Positions 18,095 through 27,020 of a DNA stretch of 64,000 nucleotides are shown here, piece by piece. Numbering within the stretch: the stretch's first letter is position 1; every line of letters starts with the position of its first letter. The translations under genes were made by a program, and so were the position numbers. Source of the DNA: an uncultured Chloroflexia bacterium (GTDB taxonomy: Bacteria > Chloroflexota > Chloroflexia > Thermomicrobiales > UBA6265); NCBI GenBank assembly GCA_963724295.1, contig CAVRUC010000002.1, positions 288,001 to 352,000 on the forward strand, read 5' to 3'. Under the pieces are notes generated by a model that saw only the letters and a program-made list of their open reading frames with translations, was not told where the DNA came from and did no database searches.

Positions 18095-19912
18095 CTACTC
18101 CCCCGTGACATACCAATCCGCCGCGTTCCAGAGCAGGGGTGTCCAGGCGCTCGGCCAAAAGCCGCCGACGTTGGCGCGCGCGGCCGGGAATGCCTCTTCC
18201 CAGTAGAGAAAGATGACCGGGACTTCCTCCAGCAGCAACGCTTGAATCTCGCCATAGATGTCCTGGCGTTGGGCGAAATCGAGGGTCGAGGCAGCGTTGA
18301 CGGTGAGAGCATCGATCTCGTCCTGAAATGTGTATGGGTAGAAGAACGCCGGCAGATTGCCACCGGAGCTGCCGGGGCTCACCGGGATCTGCGACGAGTG
18401 CCAGTAGAAGAGGTCGTCCGGATCGTTCGCGTTCGTCCAGGTGTAGAGACAGCCGGTCATGCGGTCTGAGAACTGGTAGCCGAGCGGCCCCCACAGATCC
18501 TCCGGCGGCGCGTACTGCGTCAGTGTGGAGACCCCGATCGCGTTCCACTCCGCGGCGATCATCTCCAGGATGGCCCGCGCCTGATCGTCGTCCTGTACCC
18601 CCCAAAGGTCGATCTCGAAGCGCTTACCGTTTCGCTGCCGCACGCCGTCGGCACCCGGGAGCAGTCCCGCCTCGTCGAGCAGACTCGCCGCCCGCTCCGG
18701 ATTGAAGGGGCGCGGCCGCAGCGTTTCGCTATAGGCCCACGACTCAGGAGATTGATCGGCGAAGGCCGGGATGGCGCGACCGGAAAGGATCTCCGCGATG
18801 ATCCGCTCCCGCGGCGTGGCGAAATCGAGCGCCTGCCGTACCGGTGTCTCCAGCAGGAAGTCCATTTGCTTCAGGTCGATATGCTGCCAGTTCATCGTCC
18901 CGTGCCGGAAGACGGTCAGTCCCGGAATCGCCAACGCATCGTCAACACGAGCTGGCGGAATTGCTCCGGAGCCCCCCGCGAGGTCGATCTCGGTCGCTGC
19001 CAATGCGGCCACGAGGGCGTCGACATCGGGCAGCACGCGGTAGTCGATCCGCTCTAAATGGGCTGGCTCACCCCAGTAATCCTCCCAGCGTACTAGCGAG
19101 ACTCCGTCACCTGGATCCCAGCCGGTGACACGGAACGGCCCCGTGCCGACCGGGGCGCTGGCGAAGACCTCGCGGAAGGAAGCGACACCCTCGGCGAGGG
19201 CAGCTCTCGGGCAGAGATAGGTGGTGGCCACGGTCGAGAGGAACGGAGCGTACGGCTCGGTGGTGGTAATCACGAGCGTCGCCCCGTCTGAGAGATCGAC
19301 GCTCTCGATCTTTTGCCAACCGAGCGTGCTCAGCGCGTCGAACTCGCGTTCCTGGGAGAGCTCCCAGGCGGCGATGAAATCCTCGCCCGAGAACGGTTCT
19401 CCGTTGTGGAAGCGCACGTCCTGGCGCAGGGCAAAGGTGTAGCTCAGTCCATCCTCGCTAATCGAGAAGCCTTCGGCGAGAGCGGGAGCGAGTTTGCCCT
19501 CGGCCGTGTAGCGGAGGAGCCCGTCCATCACCCCCGCCAGGACGTCGAAGGCAGCAACGGTGCCGGCTAGCCAGGGGTGCAACGAGTCGGGCTGGTGTGG
19601 CGTGCCCACCTGCAAGCGACCGCCCGCGCGCGGCGTCTCAGCCGGGGCGGTAGGCCCCTCCGGACGTGCCGGTTGGCGGGCCTGAAACGCCGCTGTACGC
19701 GCCCGAATGCCAGGCAGGGCAGCGATCAGCCCCGCGCCTGCCGCGCCCAGCATGGCCTGACGGCGGGTCAGCGCCGGGCCACTACGGAGTCGGGAGTCGG
19801 AAGTCGGAAGTCGGAAGAACCCACCTCCGCCGTCCGACCTCCGACTTCCGACTTCGCCGTCGTGCGCGAGGAAGCGCGGCCCTCGCGATCCCCAGGAAGC
19901 GTGTCCCGACAT
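18095..19912 (-). CDS. Peptide ABC transporter substrate-binding protein (family 5), Tat signal
   Basis: LTRRQAML Tat motif; SEDGLSYTFALR, PVGTGPF; start uncertain. Confidence 0.9.
   Translation of the reverse strand: MSGHASWGSRGPRFLAHDGEVGSRRSDGGGGFFRLPTSDSRLRSGPALTRRQAMLGAAGAGLIAALPGIRARTAAFQARQPARPEGPTAPAETPRAGGRLQVGTPHQPDSLHPWLAGTVAAFDVLAGVMDGLLRYTAEGKLAPALAEGFSISEDGLSYTFALRQDVRFHNGEPFSGEDFIAAWELSQEREFDALSTLGWQKIESVDLSDGATLVITTTEPYAPFLSTVATTYLCPRAALAEGVASFREVFASAPVGTGPFRVTGWDPGDGVSLVRWEDYWGEPAHLERIDYRVLPDVDALVAALAATEIDLAGGSGAIPPARVDDALAIPGLTVFRHGTMNWQHIDLKQMDFLLETPVRQALDFATPRERIIAEILSGRAIPAFADQSPESWAYSETLRPRPFNPERAASLLDEAGLLPGADGVRQRNGKRFEIDLWGVQDDDQARAILEMIAAEWNAIGVSTLTQYAPPEDLWGPLGYQFSDRMTGCLYTWTNANDPDDLFYWHSSQIPVSPGSSGGNLPAFFYPYTFQDEIDALTVNAASTLDFAQRQDIYGEIQALLLEEVPVIFLYWEEAFPAARANVGGFWPSAWTPLLWNAADWYVTGE
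19787..19855. repeat. Inverted heptamer tandem-repeat hairpin (GGAAGTC)n / (GACTTCC)n
   Basis: GGAGTCGGGAGTCGGAAGTCGGAAGTCGG ... CCGACCTCCGACTTCCGACTTC. Confidence 0.8.
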
Positions 19913-20075
19913 CTCGGGGTGCAGTCTACCCGCCTCGCGAGGCACGCGGCGTGCGACAGGCTGCACGAGACGCGGTCGCGCCGGCGAGCCTTCCGTGCGA
20001 CACTCGCGTCAGGTGAGAACCTATCAGCATTGGCTCGAGCCAGCCACGAGGCAGTTCGACGAACGGAGGAGAGCA

Positions 20076-20357
20076 ATGGCCAACGATGGGGCCGCCAAGT
20101 CGGGGGCGGGACAGAAGCCAATGGTGCGGATCGAGTACTGCACCTCCTGAGGGTATCTGTCTCGAGCCGCCGGTCTGGCGGAGAATCTGCTGCACGATTA
20201 CGACAACCAACTGCGGGCCGTGACGATCGCCCCTGGTGAGACAGGAGCGTTCGAAGTCTTTCTCAACCGGAGAAAGGTCTTCTCCAAACATGCCCTGGAT
20301 CGCTTCCCTGAGGTGAACGAGGTCGAAGAAAAGATCGGCGAGCTGGTCGGGACCTAG
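20076..20357 (+). CDS. Rdx/SelW/SelT-family selenoprotein (93 aa, CxxU; Sec at UGA 20148-20150)
   Basis: GGAGGA RBS; VRIEYCTSUGYLSRA...GAFEVFLN..VFSK...RFPE; frame stays open 68 codons past UGA. Confidence 0.92.
20151..20184 (+). promoter_or_regulatory. Bacterial SECIS-like hairpin
   Basis: CCGCC-GGUCU-GGCGG (20167-20181); first loop G is 22 nt after UGA; resembles the GGUC apical loop of the fdhF SECIS. Confidence 0.75.
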
Positions 20358-20500
20358 AGCCTGTCATGAACTTGGAAGGCTTTGGGAACCGATTGGACTT
20401 GAGCATCTCGATGTGCCAGGCGCCGAGATCGTAGCGGTCATAGCCCGCTCTGCGGCTACAGATCGGATATCCCGCGAGAGGACCGGTCAGCTACCAGCGA

Positions 20501-20683
20501 TTACCATCGTGGCTCGCCCCACGAGAGCAGCAACCATCCCAACCAGACGACCGAGATAACTGAGACGGTTACGCCGTAGCTCACCAAGACGATCCGCGAC
20601 ATGGGGAGCGCCTGGCGAACCATCACCGGCACGAGGAAAAGCAGAGCCAGGGCAGCGGTCAGCAACAGGACGTCTGGAACCAT
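20501..20683 (-). CDS. Small 2-TM membrane protein
   Basis: 60 aa, hydrophobic; starts 1 nt after the GT39 stop. Confidence 0.55.
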   Translation of the reverse strand: MVPDVLLLTAALALLFLVPVMVRQALPMSRIVLVSYGVTVSVISVVWLGWLLLSWGEPRW

Positions 20684-20684
20684 G

Positions 20685-22607
20685 TCAGGTCACCCCGGCC
20701 GGTGGACGAGACGGCATCAGTGCCGGCGCGCCATCACTTGCCCCGCGACCAGGAGCGCAGTCATAGAGCTGGTTGAGGATGCCCTTCGCTTCTCGGTGTG
20801 GTAACGAACGGTCAGGTTGCCACGCATCCTTAGGAATCGGCGTGCAACTCTGGTTGATCCACGTCGCTGTCTTGTTTCTTCTGCGAACCGGCGTCTCCAC
20901 CAGAAAGAACCGCGCCGCGCCGTCATTGACGAGACCTGCCAGCCGAGACGTACTCAAGACCGGGTCGCTCCCTTTGAAGCCGCCTGTGGAGATCACCGGA
21001 TCGTTCGTCTGCAAGATCGCGTACTCGGCAAACTCCTGATCTGCGGAGGCGACCAGGTACCTGGCCGTGCCCTGATGGGACTGGAGATAACTGAGCAATC
21101 CCGCGGCGTCGTGATCAAACTGGGAAGACGCACTTCGTTCTCGTTTTGCCTGCGGACCGGCCGTCGGTGTGCGCGTCTCACCACCGTACCAGATGGTCGA
21201 GGCGGCCCAGAGGGACGGCGCGAGTAACAGTGACACCATTCCGGCGCTGACCGCCGCCGGCGCATAGTCCTTTCCCTTCAAACGTGGGGTTAGGCGAGCA
21301 ACCACGAGGCCGGCAATCGCCCCCAGACTCAGGACGACCATTACTGGACGTAGCCAGGCGTACCAATCCGCATAACCCGTCAGCGCCTGCGCTTGCACGG
21401 TGGTCGTCACTGCCAGCGTCACCGGCAAGATCCAGCATTGCCACCCCGGGGAGCGGTACGCGGTCCACAGGGCGACAACCCCGATCCCGACGAGTGCAGC
21501 GACAGCTGGAGCGAATACAGCGAGGTAGTGAGGATCCCAATCTCCCGCAATGCTGAAGAACACCCACTCTGTAATGAACCACGTTCCCCACAGAACGAGT
21601 GCCTGTTGGCGCCTGCTGAGCGGCAGGGGTCGGCGCTCCTGCCAAACCGCAACGGCCAGACCCGCGGCCGCCAGTGGCATGAGCCATCCAATTTGCCCGA
21701 CGAGCGGTTCGCGGAGGAGTCGCAATGGCCCCCGGTCGCCGACATCGACGTCCTGCCCGGTCAGGCGATTGGCGCCGTTGAAGCCTACGATGAGATCCAA
21801 CTCCGTGTTGTTCGAGCTTGTGCTGACGTAGGGGCGCTGGTCGGGCGGCGTCAGATCGACCGCCGTGGCCCAGGACAGCGACACCGCCAGCAGCACACCC
21901 GTGACCAGCGCAAGGTGGCCGATCCGCTTCAGCCAACTGACGGGGGCGGCAACCAGATAGAGCAGATAGCACGCAGGTAAAACGAGGAACGCTTCCAACA
22001 TCTTGATGTTGAACCCGATACCAACCAAGACCGCGCCCAGAATGAGCCACGGCAACCGGCCGGTTTCCGCGGCGAGCACGAACGCCCACACAGCCAGGAG
22101 GATGACCGGAACCAATAGGCCCTCGAGGTTGTTGTGACGGCTGATAGCGACGCTTATCGGGGTTAGTGCCAGCGTGAAAGCGGCAAGCAGGCCAGCCACG
22201 GGTCCCATCGCTCGGCAAACGAGGTGATAGAGCAGACCAACCGAGAGAACACCCGCGATCGCTTGGGGCAGCAAGATGCTCCACTCATGGAAGCCGAACA
22301 CTTTGGCGCTGGCTGCCTGGATCCAAAACCCTAACGGCGGCTTGTCAACCGTCACAAATCCCGCATCGAAGCTCGCGAAAAAGAAATTGTGCCAGCTAGT
22401 GAGCATGTTCTTGACGGTGGCGGCATAAAAGGTGTTGCCGTACCCCTCGCGTGTCAATTGGAATAGATTTAGAAAGGCGGATAGACCCACAATGACCGTC
22501 AATGCCAGGTGCTGCCAGAACACGGCTGCCTGCACCCGTACCTGCGCGGGCCGGTCCTGTTCGCGATGGGATGGCGGCGCTGCGGTGGTAGTGCCGGAAA
22601 CGCTCAT
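20685..22607 (-). CDS. Glycosyltransferase family 39/ArnT-like membrane glycosyltransferase
   Basis: YGNTFYAA, VDKPPLGFWIQA, GFNIKML; many TM helices. Confidence 0.9.
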   Translation of the reverse strand: MSVSGTTTAAPPSHREQDRPAQVRVQAAVFWQHLALTVIVGLSAFLNLFQLTREGYGNTFYAATVKNMLTSWHNFFFASFDAGFVTVDKPPLGFWIQAASAKVFGFHEWSILLPQAIAGVLSVGLLYHLVCRAMGPVAGLLAAFTLALTPISVAISRHNNLEGLLVPVILLAVWAFVLAAETGRLPWLILGAVLVGIGFNIKMLEAFLVLPACYLLYLVAAPVSWLKRIGHLALVTGVLLAVSLSWATAVDLTPPDQRPYVSTSSNNTELDLIVGFNGANRLTGQDVDVGDRGPLRLLREPLVGQIGWLMPLAAAGLAVAVWQERRPLPLSRRQQALVLWGTWFITEWVFFSIAGDWDPHYLAVFAPAVAALVGIGVVALWTAYRSPGWQCWILPVTLAVTTTVQAQALTGYADWYAWLRPVMVVLSLGAIAGLVVARLTPRLKGKDYAPAAVSAGMVSLLLAPSLWAASTIWYGGETRTPTAGPQAKRERSASSQFDHDAAGLLSYLQSHQGTARYLVASADQEFAEYAILQTNDPVISTGGFKGSDPVLSTSRLAGLVNDGAARFFLVETPVRRRNKTATWINQSCTPIPKDAWQPDRSLPHREAKGILNQLYDCAPGRGASDGAPALMPSRPPAGVT

Positions 22608-23089
22608 CCGCAAGCAATCCCCTCAGCTTTCTACAGGCGTCCGTCTCAGTGCCCGGCGGTGCATTCCTCGCTGATTGCCAGAGCCTCCGTGACGCTCTGG
22701 TTCGGTCGCTCGTCTAGCTGCTTTATGGTGCGGGAGCCATAGGAAGCGGTGATCTACCGGCTGGATGCGGGAAGAAATTCTGAAACGCGGCTAGCCATGT
22801 TGGCCGCGCTGTGGGATCTGTCGGTCCGGCGTGTTCATGAGTGTACGTGGTCGTCATGAAGTTCGCATGAAGTCCTCACGGCGACCATCGAATACGCCGC
22901 TTCCAGAGGATCTCTGATCGCGGTGACCGCACCCAATAGGTCCGCGCTGCAGCGAGTTCGACGAACGGCGTCATGCGTCAGTTGATAGAATCGGTACGCA
23001 CGGAAAACGCGGTTTATCGACTCCATCGTGACGGATCGGAACCTGGCATCATCGGCGACGTGCCGGGTCAGCAAGGGAGGCTCACTTCT

Positions 23090-23968
23090 ATGGCACGCGC
23101 GCGGCGATGGGCGGCTCTGGGAATTCCGGTGGCGGTACTGGTGGTGCTTGTGTCGATGAGCGCCCCACTGGCACGGGGCCAGGAAGCGGAAGACGCCCCG
23201 CACCCGGCCCACATCCACTCGGGAACCTGCGATAACCTCGGCGACATCGTCGCTCCCCTCTCCGACGTCACCGAGCTGACCGCCGGCGAGGTCTTCGGCG
23301 CCCCGACCGCCGTGCTGGTCAAGGAGAGCGAGACCGATGTTGCCTTGCCCCTCGGCGATATCCTGTCCGCTCCACATGCGATCAACGTCCATGAGAGCGC
23401 GGAGGCGATCCAGAACTACATCGCCTGCGGCGATATCGGCGGTCGCGTCATCGACGGCGATCTGACCATCGGGCTGCGCGAGCTCAACGACTCAGGCCAC
23501 CATGGCGTTGCCGTACTCGCTGGTGCCGACGATGGAACCGCCGTGAAGGTCTACCTGGCCGAGGAAGGAACCGGCGCCGAACCCGAGCAGGACGCGGCCA
23601 TCGACGCGGCTCCGGCGGCCACCGATGCGGCGCCCGCCGCAACCGACGCGCCGGCAACAGCGGCTCCCGCGGAAACGCCAGCGGACGCCGCTCAGGTCGC
23701 CGAGACCCCGGCCGCCGCAGAGGTCGCTGTCGATATCCGCGATTTCGCCTACAGCCCCAATCCGATCGAGATTGCCTCCGGCGACACGGTCACCTGGACG
23801 AACCAGGACGAGGTGCCGCACACCGCGACCGGCGAAGATCGCGACGTGCTGCAGTCCGGCACCATCTCACCCGGAGCCAGCTTCAGCCAGGTCTTCCCGG
23901 AGGCGGGTGAGTTCGGGTACTTCTGTGAGTTCCATCCGAACATGACGGGAACAGTCGTGGTGCAGTAG
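23090..23968 (+). CDS. Secreted SOD/CHRD-like domain + plastocyanin/azurin cupredoxin fusion
   Basis: Signal peptide; HPAHIHSGTC...HAINVH...IACG; C-terminal PHT...YFCEFHPNM type-1 Cu site. Confidence 0.88.
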   Translation: MARARRWAALGIPVAVLVVLVSMSAPLARGQEAEDAPHPAHIHSGTCDNLGDIVAPLSDVTELTAGEVFGAPTAVLVKESETDVALPLGDILSAPHAINVHESAEAIQNYIACGDIGGRVIDGDLTIGLRELNDSGHHGVAVLAGADDGTAVKVYLAEEGTGAEPEQDAAIDAAPAATDAAPAATDAPATAAPAETPADAAQVAETPAAAEVAVDIRDFAYSPNPIEIASGDTVTWTNQDEVPHTATGEDRDVLQSGTISPGASFSQVFPEAGEFGYFCEFHPNMTGTVVVQ

Positions 23969-24018
23969 GGGCGGAACACTCGAGGAGTCGACCAGTCGAG
24001 CAGTCGAGGAGACTGACG

Positions 24019-24864
24019 ATGAAGAGGTCCCACGCCGGCATCACCATTGTGGCCTTGTGCCTGGCATCCCTCGCGGGTTCGTTCCTGGACGGCTCGGGTA
24101 GCCGGGCTCAGGAGGCGTCACCCCCACGACCGTCGCACATCCACAGTGGAGACTGTGACGAGCCAGGGGCGGTAGTGCAACCGCTCAACTCGTTGACCGT
24201 GCCAGTCGGGCCGGTCTCCGGCAACAGCGACGCGGTCATCGCGGAAGCGGCGTTCACCAGCATTCCGCAGCCGCTCGATGACCTGCTGGCGGAGGACCAT
24301 GCGCTCAAGGTTCACCTTTCGGCGGACCAGATCCAGACGTACCTGGCGTGCGGAGATATCGGCGGTGCGGCGGATGCCGACGGCGCGCTGATCGTCGGCA
24401 TGAAGGAGCTGGACGATTCCGGGTACGCGGGGATCGCCTACCTGGTCCCGGCCGCCGACGGGTCGACCAGCGTCTCGGTGATGATCGCCCAGGTCGTGGG
24501 TGACGAGGCAGACGGAGCCATCTCCGAAGCGGCGCCAGCCGGCCAGGCCACTCCCGCCGCGAGCGACGCAACCGAAGCCTCGCCGCAGCTCGTCGATGTC
24601 AGCCTCACCAATTTTGCAATCGACATGCCGACGGAGCTGCCGGCGGGCCCTGTCCGGTTCAACATCGTCAACAACGGAGCCGCCCCACACAGCTTCGTGC
24701 TTGAAGGGGAGGGCATCAGGAAGACGCTCGCCAACACCCTGCAGCCAGGAGACTCGGCCAGGCTCAACGCCGAGCTCGCCCCCGGCGTCTACACGATCTT
24801 CTGCCCGGTCGGTGAAGGCGCGCACCGCGCGCAGGGGATGGAGCTGGAGTTGTCGGTACGTTGA
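24019..24864 (+). CDS. Secreted SOD/CHRD-like domain + cupredoxin fusion (paralog)
   Basis: PSHIHSGDC...HALKVH...LACG; PHSF...FCPVGEGAHRAQGM. Confidence 0.88.
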   Translation: MKRSHAGITIVALCLASLAGSFLDGSGSRAQEASPPRPSHIHSGDCDEPGAVVQPLNSLTVPVGPVSGNSDAVIAEAAFTSIPQPLDDLLAEDHALKVHLSADQIQTYLACGDIGGAADADGALIVGMKELDDSGYAGIAYLVPAADGSTSVSVMIAQVVGDEADGAISEAAPAGQATPAASDATEASPQLVDVSLTNFAIDMPTELPAGPVRFNIVNNGAAPHSFVLEGEGIRKTLANTLQPGDSARLNAELAPGVYTIFCPVGEGAHRAQGMELELSVR

Positions 24865-24910
24865 GGGTAATGGGTGATGGGTGTCTTCAGACACCCATCA
24901 CCCATTACCC
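24865..24910. terminator. Perfect 21-bp stem hairpin of heptamer repeats between convergent genes
   Basis: GGGTAATGGGTGATGGGTGTC-TTCA-GACACCCATCACCCATTACCC. Confidence 0.7.
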
Positions 24911-26146
24911 ACGACCCCCGTCCCGCGCTGCCCGCCACTCGGTCGCCAGCAGGTCGAACATCCGCGCGTTTTCGAAGCCGTCGGGTCCGTAGCCGCTCCA
25001 GGTGAACCGACCCGCGTCGCGGTAGCCCTGCTTGCGGAGTGCGGCCTGGGACCGCGGATTGCGCTCCTTGACCCACGACCAGATCATGTTCAGCGCCAGC
25101 CGCTCGAAGGCGTATTCGAGGAGCAGGAGCTTCGCCTCAGTGCCGTAGCCCTTGCCACGATCGGCGGCACGATAGAGCCAGCTCCCCGATTCCGCGGTGC
25201 GAGCGATCCAGTCGATGCTGTACAGACCGGTCTCGCCGATCAACTCACCGGTTTCTCGCAAGACGACGGCAAGCTCGACGTCCGGCGCCGGGTCCTTCTC
25301 GGCCATCTCACCAAACCAGTCCGCCAGCATGATCGCGCTGGAGGGGAATCGACCGTGGCCAAAGCTGGCATCAGGCTCCTGGCGAAAGAGATTCGCGATC
25401 GTTTCGGCGTCGTCGACCTGCATCGGGCGCAAAGCCAGACGCTGGCTGCCGATGAGCGAGTTCGGCGGCAGGGGTAGCTCCGCGTCGTGATCTCGCCGCG
25501 GCGCCGACGCCTTCGGCGTGGCCACGGGCTCGCCGGCAACGGCTATCCCGGGACCGGGATCGCCGAGCCGGGAGGTCCACACGGGGCTCAGGTATTCATA
25601 GAAGATCATGTCGTGGAGCCGGCCATTGCGCCAGACGCCGTCGCGCAGCCGGACCGCCGGCCGCATTCCCAGTGATTCCGCCGCTGCTGTTACCGGTTCC
25701 AGTCCGGCGTCAGTGGCGAGCACGACGACCGGCGAGTAGAGCTCGCCGGAGAGCCATGGCACCAGTTGCGTCAGGATCTCCGCCTGTACCAGCGCTCCGG
25801 CGGCGCCTGACGCGGGGTCAGCGTGCAGTGAGATGGACGTCGCGGTGGGATCCGACCCATCGAGGCGCGCTGATCCGACCGGGCGCCCGTCATCACGACG
25901 GCAGGCGATCAGGAGCGCCACCCGCTTCTCACCCTCGTCAGGGACGTTCTTCTTCAGCTGCTTTTCCGCTTCTGCGGCGGAGATCGGGAACGGTCTGGGT
26001 CGCCAGGCAGTTGCCCACTTAGCGTCGCCCAGCTCCGCCCCACGCAGGTAGATCGTGTCGCCGATCAGGTACGACTGGCCCTCCCCCGGCCGATTGATCT
26101 CGGCCGGGGACGCGTCCTCATCGACGCCGGCAGGCTTGCTGCTCAT
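24905..26146 (-). CDS. Tandem RimJ/RimL-type GNAT acetyltransferase
   Basis: Two GNAT repeats; DRGKGYGTEAK, NPRSQAALRKQGY. Confidence 0.88.
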   Translation of the reverse strand: MSSKPAGVDEDASPAEINRPGEGQSYLIGDTIYLRGAELGDAKWATAWRPRPFPISAAEAEKQLKKNVPDEGEKRVALLIACRRDDGRPVGSARLDGSDPTATSISLHADPASGAAGALVQAEILTQLVPWLSGELYSPVVVLATDAGLEPVTAAAESLGMRPAVRLRDGVWRNGRLHDMIFYEYLSPVWTSRLGDPGPGIAVAGEPVATPKASAPRRDHDAELPLPPNSLIGSQRLALRPMQVDDAETIANLFRQEPDASFGHGRFPSSAIMLADWFGEMAEKDPAPDVELAVVLRETGELIGETGLYSIDWIARTAESGSWLYRAADRGKGYGTEAKLLLLEYAFERLALNMIWSWVKERNPRSQAALRKQGYRDAGRFTWSGYGPDGFENARMFDLLATEWRAARDGGRG

Positions 26147-26892
26147 GGCGCCGTGGCCCCCGCGACCGCTGGCAGAAGCAGCAGCCGGCCGTAGCCAGGG
26201 ATTGGATCTTCGACGCCGATCTGGCGCAACGCGGCCCAGGCTCCGGCGAGATTGCTCGTTACCACCGGTTTGCCGAGCTGTCGCTCCAGCGATGCGATCG
26301 CCGGCAGGCAGTGGAAATTCGTGCAGGAGATGAAGACCGCGTCGGCCTCCGGCGTATCGACCCGCTCCACGAGGGAGACGGCATCCGCTGGTTCGAGCCG
26401 TCCGATCTCAGCGTCAGTCGCGCAGCCCAGACCGGCAATGCTGGCTACCGCGAAGCCACTCGCCTCCAGGAACTGGCGCTCGATGTCGTTGAGCTCTTCG
26501 AGGTAAGGCGTGGCGACAGCGAGCGAGGTGGCGTCCATGGCCTCGAGCGCGCCGAGAACCGCGGTGGTGGTCGTGGTCGCGACACGCCCGCTCGCCCGCG
26601 CGATGCGGGCGGCAACTTCGCGATCCCACCCGACACCGTGGACCAGACTTCCGGTCGTGCAGGCAAAGACGATGACGTCGACGTCCGTCCAGACCAGCAA
26701 TGCGGCGGCGCGCTCGAGCTGATCGCCTTCCAGCATCTCCGCCAATGCTGGAGCGGTGACTTCGCCCCGCGGCAGGACGATCGGAGCCGCGTAGACGGCG
26801 ACGCCGTCGGGCATCACCCGGGCGTACTCGGGCAGGACACTCGCATCGCTGGCCAGCGTGATCAGGCCGATACGGCCGCGTCTTCCGTACAT
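26143..26892 (-). CDS. Maleate cis-trans isomerase / Asp-Glu racemase family protein
   Basis: FACTTGS, ATPY, FISCTNF, PVVTSN. Confidence 0.9.
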   Translation of the reverse strand: MYGRRGRIGLITLASDASVLPEYARVMPDGVAVYAAPIVLPRGEVTAPALAEMLEGDQLERAAALLVWTDVDVIVFACTTGSLVHGVGWDREVAARIARASGRVATTTTTAVLGALEAMDATSLAVATPYLEELNDIERQFLEASGFAVASIAGLGCATDAEIGRLEPADAVSLVERVDTPEADAVFISCTNFHCLPAIASLERQLGKPVVTSNLAGAWAALRQIGVEDPIPGYGRLLLLPAVAGATAP

Positions 26893-26907
26893 GATGGCTC
26901 CCTTGCG

Positions 26908-27020
26908 AGGGTGTCGGGGTGATTACTCGCTTCGCTCGTGGTGGCAGGGTAGCAGGGTGGCGGGGTGTCTGGAGGTCTGTTCTCCCTGCCACCCTGCCAC
27001 CCCACGACCCTATCACCCTG
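26908..27020. repeat. Inverted octamer repeat hairpin (GTGGCAGG)n / (CCTGCCAC)n with TTACTCGCTTCGCTCG core
   Basis: Shares 27/28 nt (26923-26950) with 57918-57945. Confidence 0.8.
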
